In this document: piece after piece, positions 1 to 11,976 of the stretch | Layout of the letters: every line of letters starts with the position of its first letter | Numbering within the stretch: the stretch's first letter is position 1 | Assembly: GCA_964234715.1 (NCBI GenBank) | Contig: OZ174279.1 | Length of the DNA stretch: 64,000 bases | Direction: 5' to 3' (one strand) | Origin: Podarcis melisellensis | Lineage: Eukaryota | Translations under genes and position numbers: made by a program | Notes under the pieces: generated by a model | What the model saw: only the letters and a program-made list of their open reading frames with translations | What the model was told of the DNA's origin: nothing | Database searches by the model: none

Positions 1-40
1 TCTCAGCCAGCAAGACTGCACAGCCACTTTTAGACTGTAC

Positions 41-103
41 TGGCCAGGGCTTATTGGAATTGTAGTCAAACAACATCTGGAGGGCATCTGGTTGGCAAAG
101 GTT
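41..103. mobile_element. Right half of a palindromic hAT-type MITE (degenerate)
   Basis: ...ggaattgtagtcaaacaacatctggagggcatctggttggcaaagg matches the right arm of the intact copy at 20332-20467. Confidence 0.6.
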
Positions 104-435
104 TGTCTGGTTTGTCTGCCATGGTCCTGGACCCTGCTAAATGTCAGCAGAGGAATATCTAGTCTGTTTCTTTGTGTGTGAGAAACAGAGTTGTCACTGT
201 GATGAATAATGACAGAAGCAGAGACAAAACACTCACCAGGAAATCTAGCAATTTTACGTTACTCATGAGTGGGATTTTTCTGTTATCAAAAACTCCCATC
301 AGAGGAGAGGAAATTGACTTCTTAATTAGCCAAAGTCCGTTGGAGGAGGTGGGGTGCAGAAGAGATGAAGAAAAATCAGAGATAGTGGATGCACATTTTA
401 GGCTAATGATAGGAGAGGAAATAGTGGAACTTGAA

Positions 436-448
436 AGGTCACTGACCT
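436..448. promoter_or_regulatory. Perfect IR1 nuclear-receptor element AGGTCA-C-TGACCT
   Basis: Exact motif in the sequence; IR1 is the canonical FXR/RXR site. Function untested. Confidence 0.3.
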
Positions 449-885
449 TATTAGACCTGGAGAAGAGGTAAAACCCTTCAAAAGCTTTTACCTAGGATAG
501 GCTGCCAGTGTGTTAAGTTCTAAAGATGGAAACAGAAGAAACTAAAAGAAAAAAAAATCAAATATGGGAGTTGTAGTGATTGGTATAGCTGCCACCATGA
601 TAATGAATTTACTATATACAATAAATAGAATACTTTTAATTTTAAATGAATGAATAAGTATTTACATGTGTCAATACAAACACACATATCCATCTCTCCC
701 CCACTCAAAAATATGCATTCCTAGTTTTTAACCAGAGAATCTTATGAATTGACGAAATTGAATTCCTATTGCAAGAGCATGGGGGGGGGGGGTAGGGAGA
801 AGACAAATAGAATGTAGCCACTTAGTAATTTATTTAGACCTTTCTAAGCTGTGTAGCATTTAAAGTGAATTGTAAAGCACACATT

Positions 886-919
886 TGCGTGTGTGCGCGC
901 GCGCACACACACACACACA
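886..919. repeat. Compound (TG)n(CG)n(CA)n alternating purine-pyrimidine tract
   Basis: tgcgtgtgtgcgcgcgcgcacacacacacacaca read directly. Confidence 0.95.
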
Positions 920-1288
920 ATGCACATAAACATAAAAAGAGCTATAACATAGAGTGAAACTTCAAACCTCATGTCTGGATCACCAAATGAAAAAGTCTAG
1001 CAACGGATAGTTTGCCTATCCTAAAACATGGGTGACATGGGACAGTGTATGCAATTGAACTTTGGAACATTTTGTCTCAGGTTGTGATAATCAATACATT
1101 ATCAACTTTGTAGAAATATTGGAGAAATAATGTCAGTAGTTGAAATTTATGTCATTAACATTAACATTTTATTTTCATACCATAAAAAACAGGGCAGTTT
1201 CAGAGGTTGAATATTGCCTGGATTAACCAATGAACAAACTATATAAGGCTCTACTATTTTTAAAATGTTTGCCATAAGTTGATGCCAT

Positions 1289-1366
1289 TTGTGATGCTGC
1301 TATGAATTACTGCCGTTATCATTGTAAATATGTTGTAATGGGCAGTAATTCATAGCAACATCACAA
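1289..1366. other. Near-perfect inverted repeat / pre-miRNA-like hairpin
   Basis: 26-bp arms, 1289-1314 (ttgtgatgctgctatgaattactgcc) and 1341-1366 (ggcagtaattcatagcaacatcacaa), pair with one mismatch around a 26-nt spacer. Confidence 0.85.
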
Positions 1367-4012
1367 GTTACGTTGTGTCTAAAAACAATTCAGCAAGTTT
1401 GGTTTCTCCTATGTAACAAACAAGTTTAGAATGCACATGATTTCAGAGACAGATTTAGGGATGGATACTTAAGATTATTTGGTGCAGATTAATTCTTTAA
1501 TCATGTTCACAGTTAGAGTGAAAAAGGTTAGATTTACTCACTTATGCACATTCTTATCAGTGAATGAGAAACTATAATCCATACTAAATATTGTGAATAC
1601 AGACCTGGGTAAATACCTATCAAAGTAAACTTTCCAGAATGTGTAAGAGATGGGAGAAGTTAACACCAATGGAGATAAGCTACACATGTCAGATAAATTG
1701 TTATTTAGAAAAAAAATTCAATTTGTTCAGTTCAACCAAGGATATTCAGAGGAATCAGGACAACTATATGCATTCAGTCTAAGATTCAGAATGGAGTATT
1801 TTTGAAGCTGAAGAATTGCATGCCTCAAGCCATAGGAGGGCTCCACAGAAAGGCATTTAAGTGTACTAAAGTTCCCAGAGAAAGACAGGCTGCCATCAGT
1901 GATTAGATGTGGTTTGTAATAGTATCGTCCTGTTTTCACTCACTACAGTAGACCATTTCTACTTGGCTAACAAGGCAGAGGGTAATGAAAAACATGCCAA
2001 GTAGAGAGTGGAAGAGAGAGGAGCCTAACCTATGCACAGGAAACAAATGTGATCAATTACCTCAAGTGTGGAGCTCACAGATACCTTATCTTCAGACTCC
2101 TTAAAATAAGAACTTGATTGTTACCAAATGCATCTCAGAAGCTGAGGGAGGATGGGTAGGAGAAAAAAGTGCATTAATGGTGGGGGGAGCGGGGGGGGGG
2201 AGATGAAGTTACATTGCTTCAGAAAACTATGATTATATTTTGGTTCCAAACACATAAAAGGATTCACAGAGGTGGTTAGCAAGCAATCATAGCATTAACT
2301 CCACAATAAGCACAAGCCTCTGTTAAACATTATGTTGATCTAAATGCTTTTAGTAGTCATGCTCATAGCTAGGATGTTGGCACAGGTGATGTGGCAGAAC
2401 ATTGGATGAGCAATTGTGCTTGCTTTCAGAAATGTATGTCATTTGTTTTGGTCTTAGGGCACAAACCACAAGAAGTGGAGCCAACCCAAGACCCTTTGTT
2501 GCCTAAAACGAAGGACAAGATAGCGCCCTTCTCCTTTCCGAACAGCCAGGGGACTTTTCTTGCAGCCCCTCAGTATTTGCTGCCCGAGGTGGTCACCTAT
2601 TTTTCCTAATGGTAGGGCAAGCCCTGATAAGGGAACACTTGAGCAAGTCCATCAAAAATGAATAGGGTCTGCACCTCATCACATTGGGACCCTCATGAAA
2701 CTCCCAATCATTTCCTTGATGACTTATGCTGGTAAACTGGTTGCTTAATAAGGAGTAATTTTAAAAATGGATTATTTTAATATGGAAAAAACCCCAGTAA
2801 GGGTACAAATCAGTGCAAATTAAGTCCTTTATTCCACACTGTTTTCAATGGGGAGACTAACCACATTGAAATCAATAGGACTGCAAAGCGTTTAGCAGGA
2901 TTGTGCACTGTGCTGTTTATGTGGTTGTACAGTATAATAAATAGTAAACCATTGTCCCCTAGGCTATTTATGTGATTGTACAATATACCGTAATAAATAG
3001 TAAGCCATGAAAAAAAACCAGTGGTTCAGGATTATAAAATTTTCAATCATCAAAGGAAAATCTGAGCAGAGTAATTTAGGGGCAAACTGCAACATGCTTT
3101 ATTACTATGGAAGGGGTAATCTAAGGAAAGACATAACTTCTTGCAGGCCTTTCAGTGGTGTGTTTGGTAACCTTAATGAACAAGATTACAAACTTAATTC
3201 ATTGTAATTTCATTCTTCAGCGCAATGACTATGGAAATGTTCCCTCTTTAAAGTGGTTTGAATATGATTTTACAGGAAGATTTTTTTCCTCCTCAGGACA
3301 AGAGTGATAATGTTATAGCTCTGGAAAGCAGCAGCTGAACTCAGGTTGACATACAAAATGGAGATCATTAGCTAAAGTGGCTGACAGGCTGTGTGCCTGC
3401 TGAAGATGCATTAGGAGCAAGTGAGAAATATGAAAAGGCAAACTCATGCTAGGGAATCACCTTGACATACAATTATGTGGCTCTCTGCTAGTTTTTAGCA
3501 TTTGTCATATTTTCTTTTTTTGTGAAAATTACTACCATCCATAGAAATGTCACCCCCAGATGAATTGGAATACTAAGGGAAGCCACTACAGGAAATAGAA
3601 TGCCTTCGGTCAACGTGTGCAACTCTTGTTGACATCTAGGAAAGTTATGCATGGGTCTGAGAAGGAAGTATATGGCCCAGAACCTCTAAAAATTCTTCCC
3701 TGTTACGCAACTGAGTGGCATTTCTTATAGCTCTGCTGATATACCGGACTAGGTCCTGTTCCATTGGGAACAGGCTCCCCCCCCCCTTTTCTTCTTCTTA
3801 ACCTGCTTTACTTGAGGAGGAAGTGAAGACCTTTGGTAGTGTTGCACAGGATAATGTTTGACAGATTCCTTAGCACAAAATACAGACTTATGTCCAGAAG
3901 GAGCTTACATCTAAATCCTAAAGGTCTGAGTTTTACCCAGTGTGCATGCAGTGCCCAAGTGCAGAGGGACTCCCATAGGAGACTTAGCATATGCAAAGAG
4001 GCTTCCACTCCA

Positions 4013-4038
4013 TGTAGTAGTAGTAGTAGTAGTAGTAG

Positions 4039-4070
<32 letters not shown>

Positions 4071-4112
4071 ATAATTTATTTATACCCCATCCATCTGGCT
4101 GGGTTTCCCCAG
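4013..4112 (-). mobile_element. L2-clade LINE extreme 3' end with a (TAG)n(TAA)n microsatellite tail
   Basis: tttataccccatccatctggctgggtttccccag matches the L2-like 3' termini near 41035 and 56140 and abuts the trinucleotide repeat at 4013-4072. Confidence 0.75.
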
Positions 4113-4582
4113 TTTGTAATAATGTGGTGCCTGTTTGTACATGTGTACATGCCAGTTGGGCGGGATGGGAGAGAGAGAAAGAGCCCAGTGAGTGGATAAT
4201 GTGTCTGCACACTGAGAATGTTAGGGCTGTAAAACTGTAGCTTAAATTCTAACTCTAAAACCTGTTAATTATGTGATGTGCATATGACAATGCATTTAAA
4301 TGTGTGTGATTTTTAAAATAGGCCGCTGCAGTTCTAAAATGGAAATATACAGCCACATGACCAAAACAAACATTGGAAACAAATATGTAGGTCAAGCTGG
4401 ATTTAAAACCAGATCAACTGAACACCTGACTTTGACCTCCACAGAAATCTTTTGTCTTTCTCCCTACTTAATTTATCTGTAACTGAAATTTAGACCAATG
4501 GTAAAATTAGTGAAAGTTTAGCTTTTCTAACTCTTTTTCTCCAGAAACATTGGATAAAATTTGAACACTAGTAGTGATTCTT

Positions 4583-4587
<5 letters not shown>

Positions 4588-4624
<37 letters not shown>
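4588..4624. repeat. (CA)n microsatellite
   Basis: Read directly. Confidence 0.97.
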
Positions 4625-4629
<5 letters not shown>

Positions 4630-7230
4630 TTTATTTCTGATGTTTATGCTAGAATCTAAAAGTGTTGGAGCAGCTTCATCTTTCTGAAGAATATTGCACA
4701 TTTTGCTGCCTTTGTCATTACAAAAAGTTCATCCCATAACCAGAAGTCATTATCATAATCAAACCTTTAAATAGCTTCCTAAACATAAGGTTTTCATTAT
4801 TCGTGGATATGAGGCTGTTATGTGATCTATTTGTAACACTATTACTTTTGTTTCAGTATACAAATATGCATATATTTTTCTGGACAATGTTGCTAGTTAA
4901 GAGCTTGTCTTGCTTTTAAAGTGTGTTAACTGGAATTATACTCCCTACTAACCTGGAATGCATTTATTAAATTTTGCAGTTTAGCCTAAAGACATTTGCC
5001 AACACGCTGGCTGCTTTAACATCCATGCACAAAAGTGGAATTTAACAGATTAACTTGCATTTGACCTACTTCAGCTCTCTTGGTAATGAGGGGTTCAGGG
5101 GCACAGAATTAATCTCTCTCAATTTGTGGCTCTCAGGGGTGCTGCTAAATTTTAGAGGGTTTGCATTTTAAAAGTCTCCTGTTGTGCTGAGGAGTTTGTG
5201 AAACTCAATGGAACTCAGTTCACTCTAGCAACTGAAGGAAGGGCTAGTTGGATCTGTTTGATTAACAGCGTGATCAAATGATGGTGCATAATTAAAAAAA
5301 TAAAATAAAAAACACATTTTCTGTTCTGTCAGATTGATTGCTGCTCCATTCGTAAAATGAATTAGGATTTGTTGGTTCTGTTGTCTATACTTCCTAATGT
5401 TTATCCACATGATAGTATAAAATTAACTTGTACTTCCTGGTGGGAGGTATTTAAATTACTATTATTTAAAGGGATTTGCTTTTCAAAGATAGAGAATGGC
5501 TAGGTATCATTATCCTACTATATACTTTCATTAAATTATAATTTCTGCAAATTAATTTACAAACCAGCCCTATACATGTTTTCTATATGTTTACTTAGAA
5601 GTCTCACTGTTTTCAGTGGAATTTATTCCTAGGAAAGCATGCACAGATTTGTAGTTCTATACTCCTACAAAACTGTAAACCTCAACATCTTTTCTCTGCA
5701 AGTTTAAAAGAGTTGTATTATATATTCATGTTAATACACTTAAATTCCACATCCTTTCTTTTAAACTGGCCACCCTTCAATTAAAGCATGTTTTTTGTAA
5801 AACCCATTAGTTACATGTCAGTTATTGTCTAAAGCTAATTAGAAAATGGCAATTAATCATGGAAACAGACATATTAGGCAGTATTGATTGTATGTAGTAC
5901 CCTCTGTTAGATAGACATATGGATAGACTAATAGATTGTGCTCAGATAAACTGTTTATAAAGCATGATCAATAGAGTTTTCACAGTTCTCACATTATAAT
6001 TCATGTAACCCTCTTTGTGACTACTTAGTAATATGCATACTGAGTAAGTTTGATGCAATTCTTGGGAAATGCCCTGTGTAATCTGAAACAAATGAAAGAT
6101 TTCTAAGGAGGATTCCTAACACAATACTACACAATTCTAATAATGTGTGGAATTTTGTAATAAATTACTTTTGCATATATATACAATGTTTCATAGGATC
6201 AAATAAAATTCTGTACATTTGGTTCATATCCCTTGTTTCACAGACTGACATAGAAACTTCAAATTTAGCAAAATTCTCTTATTGAACTCTCTGGTATTCT
6301 TTGATGCTTGTGCTACAATGTGCTCATCATACACAAGTCAATTTAAGGAGCAGTCGGAAATAAGGCTTTCATCATAAGAAAAATAAAATAGTTTAAACAA
6401 AAGTGTTTTACCATTTGGCATTATGAAGCAAATATGTTTAGCTGGTTGCAGTGAAAGAAACATTTTAATTGCCAGGGTGTTTTTGTTTGTTTCCTTTTTT
6501 CAAGGAGAATGAAACACATTTTGTTTTATGTCAAAATAACATTTTTGTGTGAACCAAGTTAATAGAATGTTAACTCCCAAATATGCTAATATGTGCTGGT
6601 TGCATGCCTATGGTAAGACATCATACATTTGATATGATATAATGCAGTATAAAATAATGAAGAAAAAAGGCCTCATATTCCTTTCTGTACATTGATCTTT
6701 ATCTTCGGGAATTGTGCTCCACATATTACTAATAAAAATCAAGCCTTTTTTGTATATTTTTATATAGTGAAATAACTCTCCATGGAAGTGAAAAGCATGA
6801 GGAAGACATGTTGAGGGATGGGGGAGACACACGCAGTTTCTCTGCACTTTCTGCACCTTGATGGTTGTCGAAGTATAGTTTTATACATCTGCTTAATGTG
6901 TCTTTCCCTTTGTAGAAACCTTTGGTGAATGAACAAAATGCCATGGTGTAAACAAAATGTACCAGAGGCCAGAGCAACATACAGAGCAAACATGCTGCCG
7001 GTTTTCCGTGCTCCGGAGGGATTCAGAGGGAGTTTCCAGTCCCACAGTTTCTAGCAGCTGCCAACATTGTCAGCCCTGATATGTCAGAAAGGATTTTTTT
7101 TTCCTGGCCAGAAACTTTGAAGCTCCTTTCTGACATCCCCAACAAACTAATTGTTGTCTTCTGCCTCTGAGAGCCCTCTGAAGTCCCAATGAGTTAGTGT
7201 CTTCTCAAGAGATGAGAAAGGGGACTCACA

Positions 7231-7362
7231 NNNNNNNNNNNNNNNNNNNNNNNNNNNNNNNNNNNNNNNNNNNNNNNNNNNNNNNNNNNNNNNNNNNNNN
7301 NNNNNNNNNNNNNNNNNNNNNNNNNNNNNNNNNNNNNNNNNNNNNNNNNNNNNNNNNNNNNN
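7231..7362. other. N gap, 132 nt
   Basis: Run of N. Confidence 0.99.
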
Positions 7363-7485
7363 GTTTCCTTTCTTTGGCCATTTTCATACCCGTTCCCCTC
7401 TTCTAAAAGACACTTTATGACAAGCATTGTAATCTCTTTTTACCAGGGGGGAACCTCTTCTTTAGGACAGAATCTTTGCAAGGCA

Positions 7486-7583
7486 TGAGTGACAGCGGGA
7501 AGGGGGCCAATTGCCACTGCGAACATTAAGCAATAAATCATCCACCCCTGGCATCGGCTAGCTGGACTTGTCCCCACTTCCTG
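7486..7583. promoter_or_regulatory. Candidate TALE/NF-Y/HOX/ETS regulatory module
   Basis: TGAGTGACAG (7486-7495), CCAAT (7507-7511), ATAAATCA = TGATTTAT on the minus strand (7533-7540) and CACTTCCTG (7575-7583), in a repeat-free, CpG-retaining block. Confidence 0.45.
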
Positions 7584-8444
7584 TGTGGCTATTAGTGCCT
7601 AGATGTGACAAAACCGCCATTGTCTCACGGCCACGATCCTTGAATTCTTAGCATAGTGTTTTAAAATTAAATTAAGATGTACCAAATATAATTTGAAACT
7701 TGTTTGGATGGTGTGGAGAAATGAAATCTTGAGATGTTGGGGGTCCAGCCTGAATTATCAACCAAACTGGTTTAACGACTGCAGGGTATATACTACTGGT
7801 TTTGAGGCTTACTCCATGGTTGCTTTTTAAAATGCTATTCAGATTTTTGGCAACAAAGCCAAATTTGTTTGCTTTTTACTTTTATTTCTCTTGTCTTGGA
7901 CACTCATTAATATTTTTAAACACCAGTGATAAGTGCATGAGACCTATTTGGTATAATGAAGTTCTTAACTAAACTAAGCAATATGAAATTGAGGACATAT
8001 AGAAAATATAATAAACACTAGTTACTCTTCCAGTGGGGGAAGGTTAGATATGGGCTAAAAATAATCTCCAAACAAAACTTGCTAAGTCATTATTGCTCTC
8101 AGGAGGTGTCCCAATTCACTTTGTGAAGGTATTTTTAAAAACAGAGATTGTGATTAAAGCATTTTTTTCCAGTGTGGACAAAAACATGGTGGATGCACGC
8201 TGGAAATTTAGAGAGCTTACAAACTACTTGGGATATTCTAGAAAAGCAACAAGAGAGGTAGCAGGAGTAAGTTGTGCGTCCACTTGCCAGACTTCTAGAC
8301 GTTGCCCAGAGTGAAAGGAGAGGCATATGTTTCCCAGGGGCAGAATTCACTCTGCCAACATGACCACCAAATTAATATGTATCTCCTAAAGGAGAAATAT
8401 GCAGCTACCCCTTTGGGGCAAGGGCAAGAAGCTGCTTTTAAAGA

Positions 8445-8530
8445 TAGGGTGGCCATGTGTCCTACTCTACAGGAGACGATCCTCTGTTGGAAGAGTTGTC
8501 TGATTCAAGTCCAGTTGGAAGATAAAGTAC
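8445..8530. mobile_element. hAT (Blackjack-like) DNA transposon terminal fragment
   Basis: tagggtggccatgtgtcctactctacaggagacgatcctctg resembles TAGGGTGACCA-type TIR ends. The partner end was not seen. Confidence 0.5.
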
Positions 8531-8997
8531 CATAAGAAAACTTGAGTTTGAAACCGCCCACCAACAGTTCGCACCTGAACAACAGACTGAGTCTTTTTGC
8601 TATGGCGAGATATATTCTCTTTCTATTTAAATTTCCTAATTATTACTACATTTGTATCTCTCCATAAAAACTAGCACGTGCTGCTTTAGTGCAGACCTGT
8701 TTAACCTATTAATCTCTGTTTTTGACAATGCATAAGGGGACAGCCTGCATACAGAGGCATGTTGCCTTCTTTACTACAGAGAAACAAGTTCTCCATGATA
8801 CGATTTCCAAGTTGGTGTGGCGTATTTCATAAAGTCCTTTAAAATGCGAGTGGGTGTGACATTATTGTTCAGATGGTTTCAAACCTAAAACATTGTCTTG
8901 TGGCTTTGGGCAACCCATTTCCGATATTGTTTTGAGGTTAAGAACCTATCTATCCTTTGCATAGGCGGAGGGGTGGAGTGTGTGAACCTAAACATTA

Positions 8998-9128
8998 CAG
9001 TGTTTCTCACACTTGGGTCCTCAGCTGTTGCTGGACTATAGCTCACATCAACCCTAGCTAGCAGGGGGTCAGGCATGAGGGGAGTTGTAGTTCAACAACA
9101 GCTAGGGACCCAAATTTAAGAAACTCCG
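8998..9128. mobile_element. Palindromic hAT-type MITE
   Basis: Inverted arms cagtgtttctcacacttgggtcc...gggacccaaatttaagaaac around the ggactatagctc...gggagttgtagt core shared with 20332-20467. Confidence 0.75.
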
Positions 9129-9180
9129 CATTATGATAGTGACTGGAACATCCTAAAGTTATATGGGCTTAATTTATATA

Positions 9181-9401
9181 CGTTCCTCGAGTTACAAATG
9201 CTTCAGGTTACAAACTCCGCTAACCTGGAAGAGTTACCTCAAGTTGAGAACTTTGCCCCAGGATGAGAACGGAAATTGTGTGCCAGCAGTGCAGTGGCAG
9301 CAAGAGGCCCCATTAGCAAAAGCGCGCCTCTAGTTAAGAACAGTTTCAGGTTAAGAACGAACCTCCAGAACGAATTAAGTTCGTAACTAGAGGTACCACT
9401 G
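9181..9401. mobile_element. Tc1/mariner (pogo/Tigger-like) MITE, left end eroded
   Basis: Ends gaggtaccactg|TA. The internal sequence matches the copies at 31655, 34204 and 41591. Confidence 0.88.
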
Positions 9402-9574
9402 TACTAAATTACTGGCTTGCTTTATTACATGTTAAAAAGAGACAGTAGTTCTGTGAACTGTTGCATCATGGCATGTTCATTCTCCATATATTGTAGATCG
9501 CCTCAGAATTTTGTTTCTGTTTTGTGTGTGTGTGTGTGTTTCACATAATTTTTATTCATTTGGTATCAGTGAGT

Positions 9575-9708
9575 NNNNNNNNNNNNNNNNNNNNNNNNNN
9601 NNNNNNNNNNNNNNNNNNNNNNNNNNNNNNNNNNNNNNNNNNNNNNNNNNNNNNNNNNNNNNNNNNNNNNNNNNNNNNNNNNNNNNNNNNNNNNNNNNNN
9701 NNNNNNNN
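9575..9708. other. N gap, 134 nt
   Basis: Run of N. Confidence 0.99.
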
Positions 9709-11607
9709 ATATGTATTTGTTGGTCCCCTATTCAGCAAATAAATTTGGCAGGAGTGGCATTAGGTGTCTTCTCTTGTCATGTATCTCATTTCACCACTTG
9801 AGATGAAAGGGAATTGTTTAGGTATGTTAGGGATGTGTGTTCGAATGCAGCTCAATGAGCATACAGTACTCTTAGGCAATTGAAATAAATGGCATCAAGG
9901 TTTTTCAGGTGTGATTTCCCCCCTATGAATGTTAGACATCTCTAAATTGCTTAATCCACAAGACGTGATTTGTATGAGATGCGTGTAAAATAATGGACTG
10001 TGTCAGGATGTGTCTTTAAAATTGAACAGCTTGAGAAGGTCAGTGAAGGATGAGAATATCAGTGTGTTCATCACGTTGTCATTTTGTTTCCATCGATTTT
10101 TCCCCTCTCATGGCCATTAAGGATGTTTCTTTTAGACAAATTAGCCATAGAATGCTAACCATATATTAATTATTGTTGATGCTGGCAAGATGACCTGTTC
10201 CCTTTTAGAATATCTCTTGACTGACTGCACTTCCTAAGTAGAAGATAAGGGAAGAACTTTGAGTGACTGTGGAAATATAAATAATGAATTTGTTAAAGTG
10301 GACCTGACTCCACTATTCTGTTTTCCAAGAAAGTGGTAAGCTAAAATCAGTGTTAACATCTGTTTCCAGATCCGTTTTTATGTAGGAGTAAAAGCTAATT
10401 AACTGTGTTTATGCGTGTATGAGAGAGGTTTTTAAAATTGCCTTAAATGAGTAGTTTATGCTCATGACCCACCTTAAGAAATAGTTAATCTATCATTTTT
10501 ACAAATTTCTGCTACTCTGGAGTGTATAATTTTTTTGTTTGTTTGACTGAATGTGTAAAAAAGGTGCTTTTTCATTGTCATCATGGGAAAAATGAGGACA
10601 TTTGGTTGCAGGGCTTTTAAATGTTCACGACAATTTTAGCAAGGAATATGGGGTATATAGCTCAGACTTTAATAGCAAGGTGGAAGGACATGACTTTTAT
10701 TCAATTTAAAGTGTGTGCATTGCAAATAGATTGTGGTGGGCCTATCATGCCTGATTGATAACAACTGGTTACAGTCTTAGGCTAGATGTCTTCTTTTTCT
10801 TTTTTAAATAATAATGTGCTGTGTGATTTAATGAAAAAGAAAGCCTTCAAGGTTTTTTTTTTGGATTTCACAGTCAAATTGTTACAGAGAGTATATGAGA
10901 CACAGGTTTTCCAGGCTTCATGACAGTTTTATCCCAGTTCATCATCTTAACTAAAAAATAATCCTATCTAACTTGAAATCCACAGCAGCCATAAGTAGAA
11001 AATAAATCCAGGCCACAGCTCAGACTTGTAACCTAACAGCTATCATAAATAATCAGAACCTATTTGAAGGTGGAAGATGGGACATTAGAAGCTATTTACA
11101 CTACCAGAGTGATCCCATCGATCAGTAACAGCAACCCGTAGATAAGACTCATATGATGTCATGGTTATTTATGGCAGGCATTGACAGTAAAACCACTATA
11201 GAACTTTCTCCTCGACAGCTTCATTCATTTCTGTTTGTGATGCATTTTGTTGTTAAAGAAGTAATCAATAGCAAATTCGTGGTGATAAAAGTTATTACTG
11301 GTTAAATATGTGAAAAATGGTACCTGCTCTTATATAGCACAAATTTAAGGGGGAATTTAAAAAAATAAAACCACCACCACCATTGGGTAAGCCAAATTTT
11401 GCAGGAAAAATAATATGAAAGCATTTTTTAAACATCTACAATAGGTTTGCCTGTAGTGTCCTTATGAATAACTGGCTGGACCTGGACCTGGGAGACTTGT
11501 GTTCAGCTGTAGATTCATTAGATAAGCCTGAAAGCTCAGTATAACAGAAAAACAAGGGATTATGTGTGTCATTGCACATACTGATGTTTCTCGTGAGATG
11601 ACTGCAG

Positions 11608-11700
11608 TACAGGCAGGCAGGCCCCCCCCCATATGTGGGGGTTACGTTCCCGGACTCAGAGCATATACGTGAATTCACGTAAAATGGGGAGGGAGCTGGG
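11608..11700. mobile_element. Tigger-like DNA transposon terminal fragment
   Basis: TA|caggcaggcccccc...atatgtgggggttacgttcccggac resembles Tigger/MER44-type ends. Confidence 0.5.
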
Positions 11701-11976
11701 AAGCGGTTCTCTCTCGGCAAATCCTATTAATCCCACCCACTTTTCCTGGGTAGTGATGCGCCCTTGTGGGCATGCATGCCTTGCCTGCCTCTGATGACCA
11801 GAAAATAGAGCTGGGGGCTGGGGGCTGGGTGGCTTCCTGTGCCCAGTGGCACTGCGGGGCCTCTCAGTACTCTCCCTTTTAATCTTGGAAGTTGCTGAAT
11901 TTTTTTTTTTTTTAAAAAAATCTAGTTGATCCCCCATTCCCCAGGAAATAATGTTGCTGCCTGCTTGTGGGGTGGC

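Noticed and set aside
172-471. 99-aa purine-rich ORF that looks protein-like
   Set aside because: No recognisable family, non-ATG start and weak splice signals. Purine-rich composition can explain the open frame.
3808-4240. Overlapping 134/135-aa ORFs with poly-L/S/N
   Set aside because: Products of the (TAG)/(TAA) microsatellite.
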